A DNA stretch of 64,000 nt from Candidatus Eiseniibacteriota bacterium (GCA_963725865.1 CAVSAC010000014.1:1120001-1184000); one strand, 5' to 3'; counted from the stretch's first letter, positions 8,252 through 19,661 are shown. Translations and numbers: made by a program. Notes: a model not told the origin generated them from the letters alone.

Positions 8252-10564
8252 TCAGAATTCGACGCCGGACTGGCGCGGAGCCTCCACCAGGTCGCGGATG
8301 GCATCGACGATCTCGCGGGCCTCCTTCTCCAGCCGGATCCGGTGCTCCCAAGCCGTGCTTCCCGGGTGCGATCCGCCGTGCAGCTGCACGTGGAAGCGGA
8401 GCGAGTTGGTCGTCCCGGACGGACGGATCGTCGCGTAATCCAGGTCGGACCCGAACCAGAGCCGGATCCCCTCGTCGGGGAAGCCCACCATCCCATTCTC
8501 CTTGTCGTACTTCCCAGTCCAGTAGATGGATGAGCGCGTCGCCTGCCGCGGGCCGATCTTCATGCCGCCCTGGTTCACCCGCGCGGCGATCGCGAGGCTC
8601 TTGTCGAGGATGCGCTTCTTCTTCGAGCTCCCGACGAGGCCGGGGTACTCGCCGTCCAGCGGGTCGGGCTCGTAGTAGTTCGCGTACACGCCGATGTCGG
8701 GATCCTCGAACACCCACTTCGCGAGCAGCGATGCGAGATCCTCGCCGGTGGACTTGGCGTACGCGGCCAGCTCCGCGACGAGCACCGCGGCGAGCGTGCC
8801 GTCCTTGTCACGCACGTGTCCGCCCTCGCCCATCCGCGACGCCGCGGCCGCGGTCGGGCCGCCGAGGATCGAGAAGCCGTTGCTCTGCTCGAGGCACGCG
8901 GCGTTCCACACCTGGCCCGCCGCGATGCCAGTCGTGTCGTAGAACACCCGATGGCACTTCGTGTCGGCGGGCGCGCCCGGCACCCGGCCCTCGCGCAGGC
9001 CCGGCAGCGGCCTGCCGGTCCAGACCTCGGCCACGCCCGAGGACAGCAGGCCGAAGCCGACCCACGTCTTGAGCACGCCGAGGCCGTACTTCGTCGCGAG
9101 CGCGGTGAGCGCATCGCTGGTCGTGTGGCTCAGCGCGATGAAGCTCGTGCGCGGATCGCGCTCGGCGGCTCCCGCCGCCCGGTGCGTGAGGCGGTAGCGA
9201 AGCAGCAGCGTCCACACGTCGTCCGCGGGGAGCAGCATCCGCGCGGCGCGGTAGCGCAGCGACGGCATGCCCTGGAACAGCGGTGCCAGACTCGCGGGCG
9301 TGTGGACGACCGCGCCGCAGCGGTCCGCGTCGGGGTCGGTGCCGATCAGGATGTCAGCGGTCTTCCACGGCGGCGCCGGCGGCGTGAGCTTCGGGTCGCG
9401 CGCCTCCTGCTCGAGCAGCGCGAGCGCGATGTCGGCGGAGCGCGGGTCGCCGGGATCCGGCTGCTGCTCCTCGCCGGGCGTGTTCTTGAACGCGGGGAAC
9501 ATCCCGTCGAGCGCGTCGAGCGCGGCGATCCGGTAGACCCTCGAGAACCCCAGCTCGCCGAGCACCTTCGGCACGATCCGCCGGCCCGCGCCGTTGAATG
9601 CCGCGTACGCGAGCACCAGGTTCGCGGCGGGCCCCTCCAGCACCTGCGGGTCGACGATGAACTGCTTGAGCTGGCGGATCAGCTGCGCGTGGATGTCCTC
9701 GAGCGAGCGCTCGCGGCCGAAGTACTCGCGCGGCAGCGGCCGGTCGCCGCCGAGGAAGTGGAGTCGGTCCAGCACCGCCGGCGGCGCGGTCCTGAGGTCC
9801 ACCGGATGGATGGACGCGAGCAGCTTGGGATCCGCCAGGCGTCGCATGACGCTCTCGCGGACGTCGGGAGCGATCTGGGATCCGTTCGCCGAGGAGATCT
9901 TGAATCCGTTGTATCGATAGTCGTTGTGACTCGCCGAGATGAAGACTCCGAAGTCCAGGCCGCGGAACGGAATCGTGAACGTCACCTCGGGGTAGGGGAC
10001 CGGCTCGTCGAACAGGAACACCTCGACGCCGACCGACAGGAACACGCTCGCGATGAGCTCCGCGAACGCCGCGCCCTGGACGCGGCTGTCGTAGCCGACG
10101 ACGGCGCGCGGTGCGACCCCCGGCCGGGCATTGACGTAGTGGCTCGCGACCGCCTGCGCGCAGCGCATGACGACGATGTCGTTGATGGTGTTCGGACCTT
10201 TGACGATCCGCGCCTGCAGCCCGACCTTCTTCAGCTCCAGGATCTCGCGCCGCTCGAGCGCCATCAGCGCGCGGATGCCGCCGGTGCCGAACGCGACCTC
10301 CTTCGAGAACGCGTTGGAGAGGATGGGCCAGTGCTCGGCCATGATGGCGTCCGCGAGCCCCGCCTTCAACTGCGGGGAGAGCCGGTCGATCTCCGGGCTC
10401 GTCAGCCATTCCGCGATGCTCGGAACGGCACAGGAGATGGCCTGGTTGAAGTAGTTCTCCGACAGCTCGCCGCGCTGGAAGGCATCCGACAGGTAGGTGG
10501 TCAGCCCGCGCTGTGCCTGGGTGACCAGCGAGGACAAGGGCAGCGACTCGGAGGGGTTCTGCAC
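8252..10564 (-). CDS. Phosphoglucomutase/phosphomannomutase family (alpha-D-phosphohexomutase)
   Basis: FGTGG, VGYDSR, catalytic SASHN, metal loop DPDADR, RDKDG, IRPSGT. Likely GTG start at 10564 after a GAGG RBS. Confidence 0.9.
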   Translation of the reverse strand: MQNPSESLPLSSLVTQAQRGLTTYLSDAFQRGELSENYFNQAISCAVPSIAEWLTSPEIDRLSPQLKAGLADAIMAEHWPILSNAFSKEVAFGTGGIRALMALERREILELKKVGLQARIVKGPNTINDIVVMRCAQAVASHYVNARPGVAPRAVVGYDSRVQGAAFAELIASVFLSVGVEVFLFDEPVPYPEVTFTIPFRGLDFGVFISASHNDYRYNGFKISSANGSQIAPDVRESVMRRLADPKLLASIHPVDLRTAPPAVLDRLHFLGGDRPLPREYFGRERSLEDIHAQLIRQLKQFIVDPQVLEGPAANLVLAYAAFNGAGRRIVPKVLGELGFSRVYRIAALDALDGMFPAFKNTPGEEQQPDPGDPRSADIALALLEQEARDPKLTPPAPPWKTADILIGTDPDADRCGAVVHTPASLAPLFQGMPSLRYRAARMLLPADDVWTLLLRYRLTHRAAGAAERDPRTSFIALSHTTSDALTALATKYGLGVLKTWVGFGLLSSGVAEVWTGRPLPGLREGRVPGAPADTKCHRVFYDTTGIAAGQVWNAACLEQSNGFSILGGPTAAAASRMGEGGHVRDKDGTLAAVLVAELAAYAKSTGEDLASLLAKWVFEDPDIGVYANYYEPDPLDGEYPGLVGSSKKKRILDKSLAIAARVNQGGMKIGPRQATRSSIYWTGKYDKENGMVGFPDEGIRLWFGSDLDYATIRPSGTTNSLRFHVQLHGGSHPGSTAWEHRIRLEKEAREIVDAIRDLVEAPRQSGVEF

Positions 10565-10753
10565 GACGACCTCATGAGCAAAGGGGGGCGCGGCGATCGC
10601 GGAGCGCCCGGGGATCGCCGGGCCCGCGTGCACGTGCAGCCTGTGAAACTCGAGCGGGCGGAAGCTACCGCGCGGCGTTGCGGCACGCAAGGTTGCCGCG
10701 CCGCGCGCGGCACGCGACCGCACGCGAACGCCCGCATCCACTATCCTCGCGCC

Positions 10754-11143
10754 ATGCCCGCACCCGTCCCGTCCCGCGCCACGCTGCTCTACGACGGCGG
10801 CTGCGCGCTGTGCGCGCGACTCGTGGCGACGGTGCGCGCGTGGGACGTCGACGGTCGCATCGAGTGCCTGCCGTACCAGGACCCGAGCGTGCCCGCGCGC
10901 TTCCCGCGAATCGCGCCCGCCGCGCTCGCGCGCCGGCTCCACCTGGTCGAGGCCGACGGCGGCGTCACAGCGGGGGCCGCGGCGATCGAGCGGCTACTGC
11001 GGTGGCTGCCGCGCGGGCGCTCGCTCGCGTGGGTGTTCCGCCTGCCGCTCGCGGGCCCGCTCGCCGCACGCGCGTACGACCTCGTCGCGCGCCACCGCCA
11101 CCGCCTCGGCTGCGGCACGCACTGCGGCGGCCCGCGCGGCTGA
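10754..11143 (+). CDS. DCC1-like thiol-disulfide oxidoreductase (DUF393)
   Basis: 'LLYDGGCALCAR' DxxCxxC motif, 'GAAAIERL', 'AYDLVARHRHRL'. Confidence 0.85.
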   Translation: MPAPVPSRATLLYDGGCALCARLVATVRAWDVDGRIECLPYQDPSVPARFPRIAPAALARRLHLVEADGGVTAGAAAIERLLRWLPRGRSLAWVFRLPLAGPLAARAYDLVARHRHRLGCGTHCGGPRG

Positions 11144-11239
11144 TCGAGCGCGCCGACTTCGCAGCGCGCCCGCACCGTGCGCGGGCGTGCGCGCGCCACA
11201 CGTCCGCCGCGACGGCCGCGCCGGTCCGCGCGGACCGGG

Positions 11240-13402
11240 CTACGACTGCGCCAGCTTCTCCGCGGTGAGCGGCAGGCTCCTCACGCGCTTGCCGGTCAGC
11301 GCCGCGATCGCGTTCGCGACCGCCGGCGCAATCGGCGGCAGTCCGACCTCGCCGATGCCGCCCATCGGGTCGCCCTGCGGCAGCAGGTGCACGTCGATCG
11401 ACGGGCACTCGGCGAATCGCAGCACCGGGTAGTCGTCGAAGTTCCCCTGCTGCACCCGCCCCCGGTCGATCGTGATGGCGCCATGGAGCGCGGCGGAGAG
11501 CCCGAACACGATCCCGCTCTCCATCTGGGCCCTCACCAGGTCGGGATGCACGACGTGGCCGCAGTCCACCGCGCACGTCACGTGGTGCACGCGCGGGGCG
11601 CCCTGCTCGATCGACACCTCGGCGACGTGGACCACGATGCTGCCGAACGACTCGACCATCGCGAGCCCGCGCGCGCGGCCCGCGGGCGGCGCGGTGCCCC
11701 AGCCCGCCTTCTCGGCGGCGAGGTCGAGCACCGCGCGATGGCGCGGGTGGTTCGTGAGCAGCTCCCGCCGCAACGCGAGTGGATCGCGGCCCGCCGCCAC
11801 GGCGAGCTCGTCCACGAAGCACTCGATCGCGTAGCCGTTCTGCGACGCGCTCACCGAGCGCCACCACCCGGTCGGGACGCCGGCGTCGTGCAGATGGAAC
11901 TCCATCTCGGCGTTCGGGAACTCGTAGGCCTGATTCTCGGCGACGTCGATCGAGCTCGGGTCGACGCCGTTGCGCACCGCTGCCGGATACAGCCGCGACA
12001 GGATGCCGGCGCCGGCCATGCGGTGCGACCACACGAGCGGACGCCCGCCGGCGTCGAGCCCGGCGCGCAGGAAGTGACACGAGACCGGGCGGTACCAGTC
12101 GTGCCGCATGTCGTCCTCGCGCGACCACACCACCTTCACCGGGGCGCCAAGCGCCTTCGACAGCTCGACCGCCTCGACCACGAAGTCCTGCTCGGAGCGG
12201 CGACCGAACCCGCCACCGAGGTACTGCAGCTCGACCGTGACCTTGGCCAGCGGCAACCCGGCCGCCTTCGCGGCGGCGCGCTGCACCGCGGTGGCGTTCT
12301 GGCTCCCCACCCAGACCGTGCACGCTCCGTCCTTCACGGACGCCGCGCACGACATGGGCTCCATGGTGGCGTGCGCGAGGTAGGGCGTCTCGTACACCGC
12401 CTCGATCGTGCGCGCGGCCTGCGCGAGCGCGGCCGCGCCCGCTCCCTCCTTGCGGAACGTGGCGCCCGGCGTGCGCACCAGTGCGGCCTGCTCCGCGGCG
12501 ATACCCGCGCTGGTGAGCGCGGCGCGCGGGCCCTCGTCCCACGTGAGGGAGACGTCGTCGAGCGCCCGGCGCGCGTTCCAATGCGAGTCCGCGACCACCG
12601 CGACGCCGCTGGAGATCTGGAGCACGCGCATCACGCCCGGCCGGGCCTGCGCGCGCGCGGCGTCGAACGACTTCAGCGTGCCGCCGGGCACCGGGCAGCG
12701 CTCGACCACCGCGGTCCGCATTCCCGGCTCGCGAACGTCGATCGCGAAGTGCGCGCGGCCGGCGTTCTTCTCGGGCCCGTCGAGGCGCGCGGGCGAGGTG
12801 CCGAGCACGCGATGCGCGCCCCACGCCTTGAGCGCAGGCGCATCGGGCACCGGCAGCGCGGCCGCGCGCGCGACCAGCGCGCCGTACGCGAGCCGTCGCC
12901 CGCTCGCCGTGTGCACCACCGCGCCGTTCTCGGCGTGGCACCCGGCGCGATCGACGCCCCAGGTCTGCGCGGCGGCGGTGATCAGCATCGCGCGGGCCTG
13001 CGCACCCGCGATCCGCAGCGGCTCGTTCAGCGAGCGCATGCTCTGGCTGCCGCCGGTGCTCATGTCCCCGTACTTCGGGTCCGGGCGCGCCTGTGCGAAG
13101 CGCACGGACTTCCAATCGGCCTCCAGCTCCTCCGCGACCAGCATCGGGATCGCGGTGCGCACGCCCTGTCCCATCTCGGAGCGCGCCACGATCACCGTGA
13201 CGATCCCCTGCGGATCGATCCGCAGCCACGCGTTGGGCTCGAACGCGGCGGTGGCCGCCGTCGCCCGATCGACGAGCGCGGACGGCAAGTGGAACGCGAT
13301 CACCAGCCCGGCCGAGGCGGCGCCGGTGGCGCGCAGGAACTCGCGTCGCGTCACGGGAGTGGCCGGGCGCGCGCGGCGGGTGCTCGTGCGGGGCGCGCTC
13401 AT
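11240..13402 (-). CDS. iorB: Xanthine dehydrogenase-family molybdopterin subunit (isoquinoline 1-oxidoreductase beta-like), Tat-exported
   Basis: Tat motif 'TRREFL', 'SEMGQG', 'TGGSQS', 'LAHATMEP', 'GGGFGRR', '[10 protein letters not shown]'. Start overlaps the iorA stop. Confidence 0.9.
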   Translation of the reverse strand: MSAPRTSTRRARPATPVTRREFLRATGAASAGLVIAFHLPSALVDRATAATAAFEPNAWLRIDPQGIVTVIVARSEMGQGVRTAIPMLVAEELEADWKSVRFAQARPDPKYGDMSTGGSQSMRSLNEPLRIAGAQARAMLITAAAQTWGVDRAGCHAENGAVVHTASGRRLAYGALVARAAALPVPDAPALKAWGAHRVLGTSPARLDGPEKNAGRAHFAIDVREPGMRTAVVERCPVPGGTLKSFDAARAQARPGVMRVLQISSGVAVVADSHWNARRALDDVSLTWDEGPRAALTSAGIAAEQAALVRTPGATFRKEGAGAAALAQAARTIEAVYETPYLAHATMEPMSCAASVKDGACTVWVGSQNATAVQRAAAKAAGLPLAKVTVELQYLGGGFGRRSEQDFVVEAVELSKALGAPVKVVWSREDDMRHDWYRPVSCHFLRAGLDAGGRPLVWSHRMAGAGILSRLYPAAVRNGVDPSSIDVAENQAYEFPNAEMEFHLHDAGVPTGWWRSVSASQNGYAIECFVDELAVAAGRDPLALRRELLTNHPRHRAVLDLAAEKAGWGTAPPAGRARGLAMVESFGSIVVHVAEVSIEQGAPRVHHVTCAVDCGHVVHPDLVRAQMESGIVFGLSAALHGAITIDRGRVQQGNFDDYPVLRFAECPSIDVHLLPQGDPMGGIGEVGLPPIAPAVANAIAALTGKRVRSLPLTAEKLAQS

Positions 13403-13863
13403 CGCCGGGCCTCCTGGGCGGCGGCGTGGATCGCGCGACGGATGCGCGTGTAGGTCCCGCACCGGCAGAGGTTTCCGTTCATCGCTTCGTCGATCTGCGC
13501 GTCGGTGGGCGCCGGCGTCTTCGCGAGCAGTGCCGCGGCCTGCATGATCTGGCCGGGCTGGCAATAGCCACACTGGGTCACCTGCTCGGTCTCCCACGCG
13601 CGCTGGACCGGATGGCCGCCGCCCGCGTCGAGACCCTCGATCGTGACGATGCGCCTGCCTCGCGCGTCGGCGACGGTCGTCATGCAGGAGCGCGCCGCCT
13701 CGCCGTCGAGATGGACGGTGCAGTTCCCGCACTCCCCGATGCCGCACCCGTACTTCGTGCCGGTCATTCCGAGGGAGTCGCGCAGCACCCAGAGCAGCGG
13801 CGTGTCGGGATCGACATCGACCGTGCGGGAGGTGCCGTTCACGATCAGCGTGTGACGGGCCAT
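13399..13863 (-). CDS. iorA: (2Fe-2S)-binding small subunit (isoquinoline 1-oxidoreductase alpha-like)
   Basis: '[16 protein letters not shown]', '[11 protein letters not shown]', 'GNLCRCGTY'. Confidence 0.93.
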   Translation of the reverse strand: MARHTLIVNGTSRTVDVDPDTPLLWVLRDSLGMTGTKYGCGIGECGNCTVHLDGEAARSCMTTVADARGRRIVTIEGLDAGGGHPVQRAWETEQVTQCGYCQPGQIMQAAALLAKTPAPTDAQIDEAMNGNLCRCGTYTRIRRAIHAAAQEARR

Positions 13864-13995
13864 CGCGTCCTCCGTGCGTGGCTCCGCTCCGCCGTGGGGG
13901 TGGGCCGCATTCTACGCCGCGGGGAGGGATCCGGGAACCGCCGGCTCCGCCCGCTCACGAAGCGGCACCGAGCGCGGTGTGCGCCGGAAGCGAAG

Positions 13996-14025
13996 CGGCG
14001 CCCCGGTCGAGCGACCGGGGCGCCG
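13996..14025. terminator. Hairpin downstream of tricorn gene
   Basis: CGGCGCCCCGGTCG-AG-CGACCGGGGCGCCG perfect inverted repeat. Confidence 0.6.
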
Positions 14026-14042
14026 TCACGCGAGGTCGGCGG

Positions 14043-17000
14043 CTACTTCGCGAGCCCTTCCTGGACCTTGTACGGCGGCTTCTTCCAGGTCGGCGGCGGG
14101 TTGGTCTTGAGCTGCTCGAGCGACCACTCGATCGCCTTCTCGAGCTGCGGGTCGTGCCCCTTGACCATCAGGTCCGGCGCGTTCTCGACCTCGATGTCGG
14201 GATCGACGCCGTGGTTCTCGACCAGCCACTGGCCGGTGCGCGGGTCGTACATGCCGAAGTCGGGCATGGTGACCGAGCCGCCGTCCACGAACGGCAGGCT
14301 GTGGCTGATGCCCACCAGGCCGCCCCAGGTGCGCTTGCCGATCACGGGGCCGAGGCCCTGCATCTTGAAGTAGAAGGGGAACGCATCCCCGCCCGAGCCC
14401 GCGTACTCGTTCACGAGGATGCACTTCGGCCCGTCGATCGCCGTCTGCGGAGTGCGGAAGCCCTCGCCGTCGCGGGTCGACCACGCCACCCAGGTCTTGC
14501 GCCACAGCCGCTCGACGAAGAAGTCGGGGATGAAGCCGCCGCCGTTGAAGCGCTCGTCGACGATGATCCCCTGCTTGTCGATCTGCGGGTAGTACTGCTT
14601 CGTGAACTCCTGGATGCCGGCGATCGCCGTGTTCGGCACGTGGATGTACGCGATGCGCCCGCCGGTCGCCTTCGCCACCTTCTCGCGGTTGTCATCGACC
14701 CACGCGGTGTAGCGCAGCGACGCCTCGCTCGCGATCGGCACGACGGTGTACGTGCGCGCTTTCGGATCGTTGGCCGACGTGCCGACCTTGATGAGCGTCT
14801 GCTTGCCGACGGTGCCCGCGAACGCCGCGTAGACGTTTTCGGGCGCGCGCACCGGGCGGCCGTTGACCTCGAGCAGCAGGTCGCCCTGCTTGACGCCGAT
14901 GCCCGGCTCGCCGAGCGGCGCCGCGACCTTCGAGTTCCAGTCGCGCTCGCGATAGATGGTGGCGAAGCGGTAGAGCCCGCTCGCGGCGTCGAGCGTGTAG
15001 TCGGCGCCCAGCAGGCCCGTGCCGACGCGCGCGACATCGGGCAGCTCGCCGCCGCCGACGTAGCTGTGCGACGTCGAAAGCTCGCCGATCAGCTCGCCGA
15101 GGATGTAGTTGAGGTCGGCGCGGTGCGCCACGTAGGGGACCAGCTGGCGATAGCGGTCGCCGACCGCCTTCCAGTCGAGCCCGCCCATCGCCGGGTCGTA
15201 GTAGAAGTCGCGCTCGAGCCGCCAGGCCTCGTTGAACATCTGCATCCATTCCTGGTGCGGATCCACGAGCGCCATGAGCCCGTCGGTCTTCAGCTTGCCG
15301 TCGCCGATCTTCTGGTTCTCGGCGGCGTCGACGATGCCGAACCCGTCCTCGGACCGATAGAGGATCTTCGAGCCGTCCTTGGACACGCTCCAGGACGCGA
15401 CCACGCCGCTGAGGACGGTCTGGTCCTTGCGCTTGTCGAGGTCGAAGACGTGGAGCTCGCCTTTGCCGGGACCGTCGTCGTCCGGGTTCGGCGCGCCGAG
15501 CGAGAAATAGATCAGCTTGTCCTTGAATGCCTGCAGCCCGATGTAGCGCCCGGCCGGCACCGGCAGCGCCGCGCAGCGCGATTCGAGCCCCGCGAGGTCG
15601 ATGCGCACCGGCACGACCTCCTCCTTCTTCTCGCCGGCCGCCTTGTCCTCCTTGCCGCCCGCCTTGCCGGCGCCCGGCTTGTCGCCCTTGTCGCCGCCGG
15701 CGGCCTCGGGCTTCTCCTCGTCGCTCTTCGGCGCCACCGGCGAGAGCGTCGTGTCCTGCAGCGAGAGCGCGTAGATCCGGTCGGTGGAGACGAACTGGAA
15801 GTCGAGCTCGAACGCGCCGAACTGCGGCTCGATCGTGCGGCGCGAGACGAAGTACAGGTACTTGGCCGCGGGGTCGAACGAGGGCCAGCCCTCGTCCATC
15901 ATCCCGTCACTCACGGCCGTCGCCTTGCCACCGTCGAGCGCGTAGAGCATCACGCGCGAGAACCCGTTCGCGTACGCCTTGGAGTACGCGAGCCACTTCG
16001 AGTCGCCCGACCACTGGTAGTCGTGGATCTCGCCCCAGTCGCTCTTGTCCGCCTGCGTCAGCTTGCCGGTCGCGACGTCGACCCACCAGAGCCGGTACGT
16101 CTTGTCCGAGAACGCGAGCTTCTTCGAGTCCGGCGACCAGCGCGGCGCGAAGCGGAACGTCGTGCCCTCGCGGGTGACCTGGCGGTCGGGCGTGCGGCCA
16201 TCGCTGCCGATCACGTGGAGCTGGTACTCGCCGCTCTTGTCCGACAGGTACGCGATCCACTTGCCGTCGGGCGACCACGCCGGGTCGCGCTCCCGCGCGC
16301 CGGGCGTGTTCGTCAGGTTGCGCGCGTCGCCTTCCTTCGCGGGCACGGTGAACAGGTCGCCGCGCGCCTCGAGCACCGCGCGTTTGGCGGACGGCGAGAG
16401 GTCCATGCCGGTGATCCACTTCGAGACGTCGCGCAGCTCGGCGCGCGCGGCCGGCTTGTCGTCGGGCACCAGCACCTGGACGCGCGCGGGTTTCTCGCCC
16501 GGCAGGTCCATCACGTACAGATAGCCGCCGTTCTCGAACACGATCGCGTCGCCGCCGATGCTCGCCCACTTCACGTCGTAGTCGGCGAAGTTCGTGACCT
16601 GGCGGTGGGTCTTCTGGTCGAGGTCGTACACCCAGATGTTCGCGGTGCGCCCGCCGCGGTCGGTGACGTAGTAGATGGAGCGGCCATGCCACATCGGCCA
16701 CTCGTCCGCGCCCGCCCAGTCGGTCAGCTTCTCGCTCGTGACCTTGCCGAAATCGTAGAGCCAGATGTTGGGCGCGTTGCCGCCGCGGTAGCGCTTCCAC
16801 GTGCGGTTGTCGTAGGCCGGCGCGACGTACGCGATCTGCTGGCCGTCGGGTGACAGCGTGCAGTAGCCCGCGGTCGGCAGCGGCAGCAGCTCCTCCAGGC
16901 CGCCGCCCGCCGGCACCTTGAAGAAGCGCGAGAAGCGCTGGATCGACGAGGCGCGCGGCGAACGGACGAGCAGGCTCTTGCCGTCCGGATACCACTCGGC

Positions 17001-17351
17001 CACCTGATCGGGGCCCGGGTGCCACGTGAGACGCGTGGGCTCGCCGCCGCCGATCGGGATGGTGTACGCGTCGACGTTGCCGTCGTACTCCGCCGTGAAC
17101 GCGACGGTCTGGCCGTCGGGCGAGAGCTTCGGGAAGGACTCCACGCCCTCGTGCGTCGTGAGGCGGCTCGCGACCCCACCGGCGCGGGACACCGACCACA
17201 GATCGCCCGCGTATACGAACACGATGTGATCGCCTTGGATGTCGGGCTGGCGGAGCAGCCGGCATTCCTCGAGCGCGGCGGCCGGCGACGCCAGCCGCAC
17301 GGAGGCGATCAGCACGAGCACAGCGATGGACCACGGATGCAGCCGGATCAT
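14043..17351 (-). CDS. Tricorn protease homologue (peptidase S41 with PD40 propellers and PDZ), secreted
   Basis: Signal peptide; 'FVYAGDLW', PD40 repeats (SPDG), 'WKRYRGG', 'GELSTSH', 'DERFNGGG', catalytic 'AGSGGD', 'GKRTWGG', 'ENHGVDPDIEV'. Start ATG 17351 after GGAGG. Confidence 0.95.
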   Translation of the reverse strand: MIRLHPWSIAVLVLIASVRLASPAAALEECRLLRQPDIQGDHIVFVYAGDLWSVSRAGGVASRLTTHEGVESFPKLSPDGQTVAFTAEYDGNVDAYTIPIGGGEPTRLTWHPGPDQVAEWYPDGKSLLVRSPRASSIQRFSRFFKVPAGGGLEELLPLPTAGYCTLSPDGQQIAYVAPAYDNRTWKRYRGGNAPNIWLYDFGKVTSEKLTDWAGADEWPMWHGRSIYYVTDRGGRTANIWVYDLDQKTHRQVTNFADYDVKWASIGGDAIVFENGGYLYVMDLPGEKPARVQVLVPDDKPAARAELRDVSKWITGMDLSPSAKRAVLEARGDLFTVPAKEGDARNLTNTPGARERDPAWSPDGKWIAYLSDKSGEYQLHVIGSDGRTPDRQVTREGTTFRFAPRWSPDSKKLAFSDKTYRLWWVDVATGKLTQADKSDWGEIHDYQWSGDSKWLAYSKAYANGFSRVMLYALDGGKATAVSDGMMDEGWPSFDPAAKYLYFVSRRTIEPQFGAFELDFQFVSTDRIYALSLQDTTLSPVAPKSDEEKPEAAGGDKGDKPGAGKAGGKEDKAAGEKKEEVVPVRIDLAGLESRCAALPVPAGRYIGLQAFKDKLIYFSLGAPNPDDDGPGKGELHVFDLDKRKDQTVLSGVVASWSVSKDGSKILYRSEDGFGIVDAAENQKIGDGKLKTDGLMALVDPHQEWMQMFNEAWRLERDFYYDPAMGGLDWKAVGDRYRQLVPYVAHRADLNYILGELIGELSTSHSYVGGGELPDVARVGTGLLGADYTLDAASGLYRFATIYRERDWNSKVAAPLGEPGIGVKQGDLLLEVNGRPVRAPENVYAAFAGTVGKQTLIKVGTSANDPKARTYTVVPIASEASLRYTAWVDDNREKVAKATGGRIAYIHVPNTAIAGIQEFTKQYYPQIDKQGIIVDERFNGGGFIPDFFVERLWRKTWVAWSTRDGEGFRTPQTAIDGPKCILVNEYAGSGGDAFPFYFKMQGLGPVIGKRTWGGLVGISHSLPFVDGGSVTMPDFGMYDPRTGQWLVENHGVDPDIEVENAPDLMVKGHDPQLEKAIEWSLEQLKTNPPPTWKKPPYKVQEGLAK

Positions 17352-17615
17352 GATGGAGAGGACCTCCGTGTGAGAGGGATCGTTGATGAGTGAAGTGCGC
17401 GCAGTCTCGCGCGGCGCCCACACCGGTGCAAGGTCGGACGCTCCTTGGTACGCGCGGAGGCGACTCGAGGTTGTGTCGCAGTGCGTACGCGCCGCGCTCG
17501 TGTACGAGCTTGCCGCGTGCGTCGTCCGCTCCGGTGCGATGGCATGCGGGCGAGCGCGCCGCCTCCGCGTGGTGCGTTCGAAGTGGGCCGTCGGCCCAGT
17601 CCCAGGGAGCAACCC

Positions 17616-17855
17616 GTGGCGCGTGGCACCGTGAAGTGGCTCAACGAAAGCAAGGGGTTCGGGTTCATCTCGCAGGAGGGTGGCGAGGACGTGTTCGTGC
17701 ACGACTCGGCCATCCAGGGCGACGGCTTCCGGACGCTCGACGCCGGGCGCGCGCGCGCCAGCGCCCCGTGGCGAAGCCGGTCGCACGGGCGCCCGTCATC
17801 CGTGCAAGTCGCGCTCCACCACGCGGCTCAAGCCCTCCCCCGAACAGGCCGATAA
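17616..17855 (+). pseudogene. Degenerate cold-shock protein (CspA family)
   Basis: GTG start with GGAG RBS. '[40 protein letters not shown]' matches Csp RNP1/RNP2, but conserved aromatics are substituted and the C-terminal strands are lost after about 17740. Confidence 0.75.
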
Positions 17856-17906
17856 AGCTCGTGACCTCGCAGGACCCCCGAGACCCACGGAGAGGGTACG
17901 TCCCGG

Positions 17907-19661
17907 ATGAACGTGAGCGAGAATCAGCAGGGCATCGAGTTGCCCGTCGAGGCCGGGGCGGGACCCCCCACCGCGGTCAAGGCCGCGCTGTCGGTCCTCA
18001 ACCAGTTCGCGCGCACGCTCAAGACCTGCCGTCTCTACGACGCGAACAACCCGGCCGTGATCCGCTTCCGCGAGGAGTTCGCCGGCACGCTGCGCAAGGT
18101 GATCGCCGAGCACGGCTCGCTCACCTACCGCTTCACCTCCGACGACGTGCTCTACGAGGACGTCTCGCTCTACCCGGCGCGCACGCGTGACGACAACTTC
18201 GCGCTGCCGTTCTTCCGCGACGGCGTTCGCGCGCTGACCTTCAACCCCGGCATCGAGACGCGCGAAGTGGACGCGCTGCTCGACGCGCTGCTGCAGGTCA
18301 CCGGTCAGAACGCGGCCGAGGACGACCTCGTCACCCTGTTCTGGGAGGCGCAGCTCCCGCACCTCGACATCGACTACGTGCCCGCCGAGGGCGAAGTCGG
18401 CAGCGGCGTCGGCGAATTGCACGGCGACGGCGCGATCATGCCGTGGCCGGTCTCGGGCGCCACCGAGGGCGGGCTGGAGGAGAGTGCGGAGGACGACGGC
18501 GGTACGCGCACGGAGGAGGTCGCGGTCACCGCCTCGCGCGCGGACGACTGGAGCACCGGCGACCTCACGGTCGAGATCGAAGCGGGCTTCGAGGAACTCG
18601 ACTCCCTCGCGCCCAGCGAGGTGGCGCGCTTCCGCAAGGAGTTCGACGCCGAGCACGCGGTGCCTTCCGTGACCGCGACGCTGGCGATCGCCTACGCCTA
18701 CCTGTCGGCGGGCGCCAGCGAGGACGACCGTTTCGAGATGGCGCGCTTCCTGCCGCGCGTGCTGCGCCAGTCGGTGACGCACGGCGCCTGGATGGAAGCG
18801 ACTGAGGCGTTGCGGCTGCTGCAGCGCACGGGCAGCCCGGAGTGGTCGCCGGAGACGTTCGCGCAGGAGCTGCTGCAGCCGATCTCGATCGCCGGCATCG
18901 TCGAGCGCCTCGAACCGCAGGAGGGCACGGCGCTGCACGAGTTCGTGTCGTTTGCGTGCGAGCTGGGCGCGCCGTCGGTCGACCTGCTGAACCTGGTGCT
19001 CGGCGAGGTGCAGAACCGCCGCGCGCGCCGGGTGATCGCCGAGACCATCGCCGGTCTGTGCCGCGACAATCCCGAGCGACTCGCGCCGTGGCTCGCGGAC
19101 CCGCGATGGTTCGTGGTGCGCAATGTCGTGCACATCCTCGGCTGGATCGGCGGTGATTCGATCGTCGGCATGCTGCAGACCGCGGCGCGCCATCCCGACC
19201 CGCGCGTCCGTCACGAGGTGGTCGCGGCGCTCTCTCAGGTCGAGCCGCGGCTCGCGCGCCCCCTGTTGGTGCGGTTGCTCGACGGCGCCGACGCGCGGAT
19301 GTTCCTCTCGGTCATGCACCAGCTCTCGGGCGCGCGCGACGTCTCGACGGCGCGCATGCTGCTCGGTTTCCTGGTGGCGCCGGAATTCGACCAGCGACCG
19401 CTCGAGGAGAAGCGCGCGCTGTACGCCGCCCTCGGGGCTTCCGGCGGGGACGAGGTGCTGCCCGAGCTCGAGGCCGAGCTGCACAAGGGCAACTGGTTCT
19501 CGCGCCACCAGGAGGTCCACCGCCAGTCGGTGGCGCGCATCATCGCCCGCATCGGTACGCCGGCGGCACGCGAGATCCTCGATCGGGGTGCGCAGTCGCG
19601 TCGCGCGCCGGTCCGCAAGGCCTGCGAGGACGCCGCGACCGGGATCGACGCCCATGACTGA
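17907..19661 (+). CDS. HEAT-repeat protein
   Basis: C-terminal HEAT repeats ('LADPRWFVVRNVVHILG', 'HPDPRVRHEVVAAL'). N-terminal domain resembles that of the downstream HD-GYP protein. Confidence 0.85.
   Translation: MNVSENQQGIELPVEAGAGPPTAVKAALSVLNQFARTLKTCRLYDANNPAVIRFREEFAGTLRKVIAEHGSLTYRFTSDDVLYEDVSLYPARTRDDNFALPFFRDGVRALTFNPGIETREVDALLDALLQVTGQNAAEDDLVTLFWEAQLPHLDIDYVPAEGEVGSGVGELHGDGAIMPWPVSGATEGGLEESAEDDGGTRTEEVAVTASRADDWSTGDLTVEIEAGFEELDSLAPSEVARFRKEFDAEHAVPSVTATLAIAYAYLSAGASEDDRFEMARFLPRVLRQSVTHGAWMEATEALRLLQRTGSPEWSPETFAQELLQPISIAGIVERLEPQEGTALHEFVSFACELGAPSVDLLNLVLGEVQNRRARRVIAETIAGLCRDNPERLAPWLADPRWFVVRNVVHILGWIGGDSIVGMLQTAARHPDPRVRHEVVAALSQVEPRLARPLLVRLLDGADARMFLSVMHQLSGARDVSTARMLLGFLVAPEFDQRPLEEKRALYAALGASGGDEVLPELEAELHKGNWFSRHQEVHRQSVARIIARIGTPAAREILDRGAQSRRAPVRKACEDAATGIDAHD

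Noticed and set aside
10681..10696. Possible sigma-54 promoter CGGCACGCAAGGTTGC upstream of the DUF393 gene
   Set aside because: GG-to-GC spacing is 11 nt rather than the required 10.
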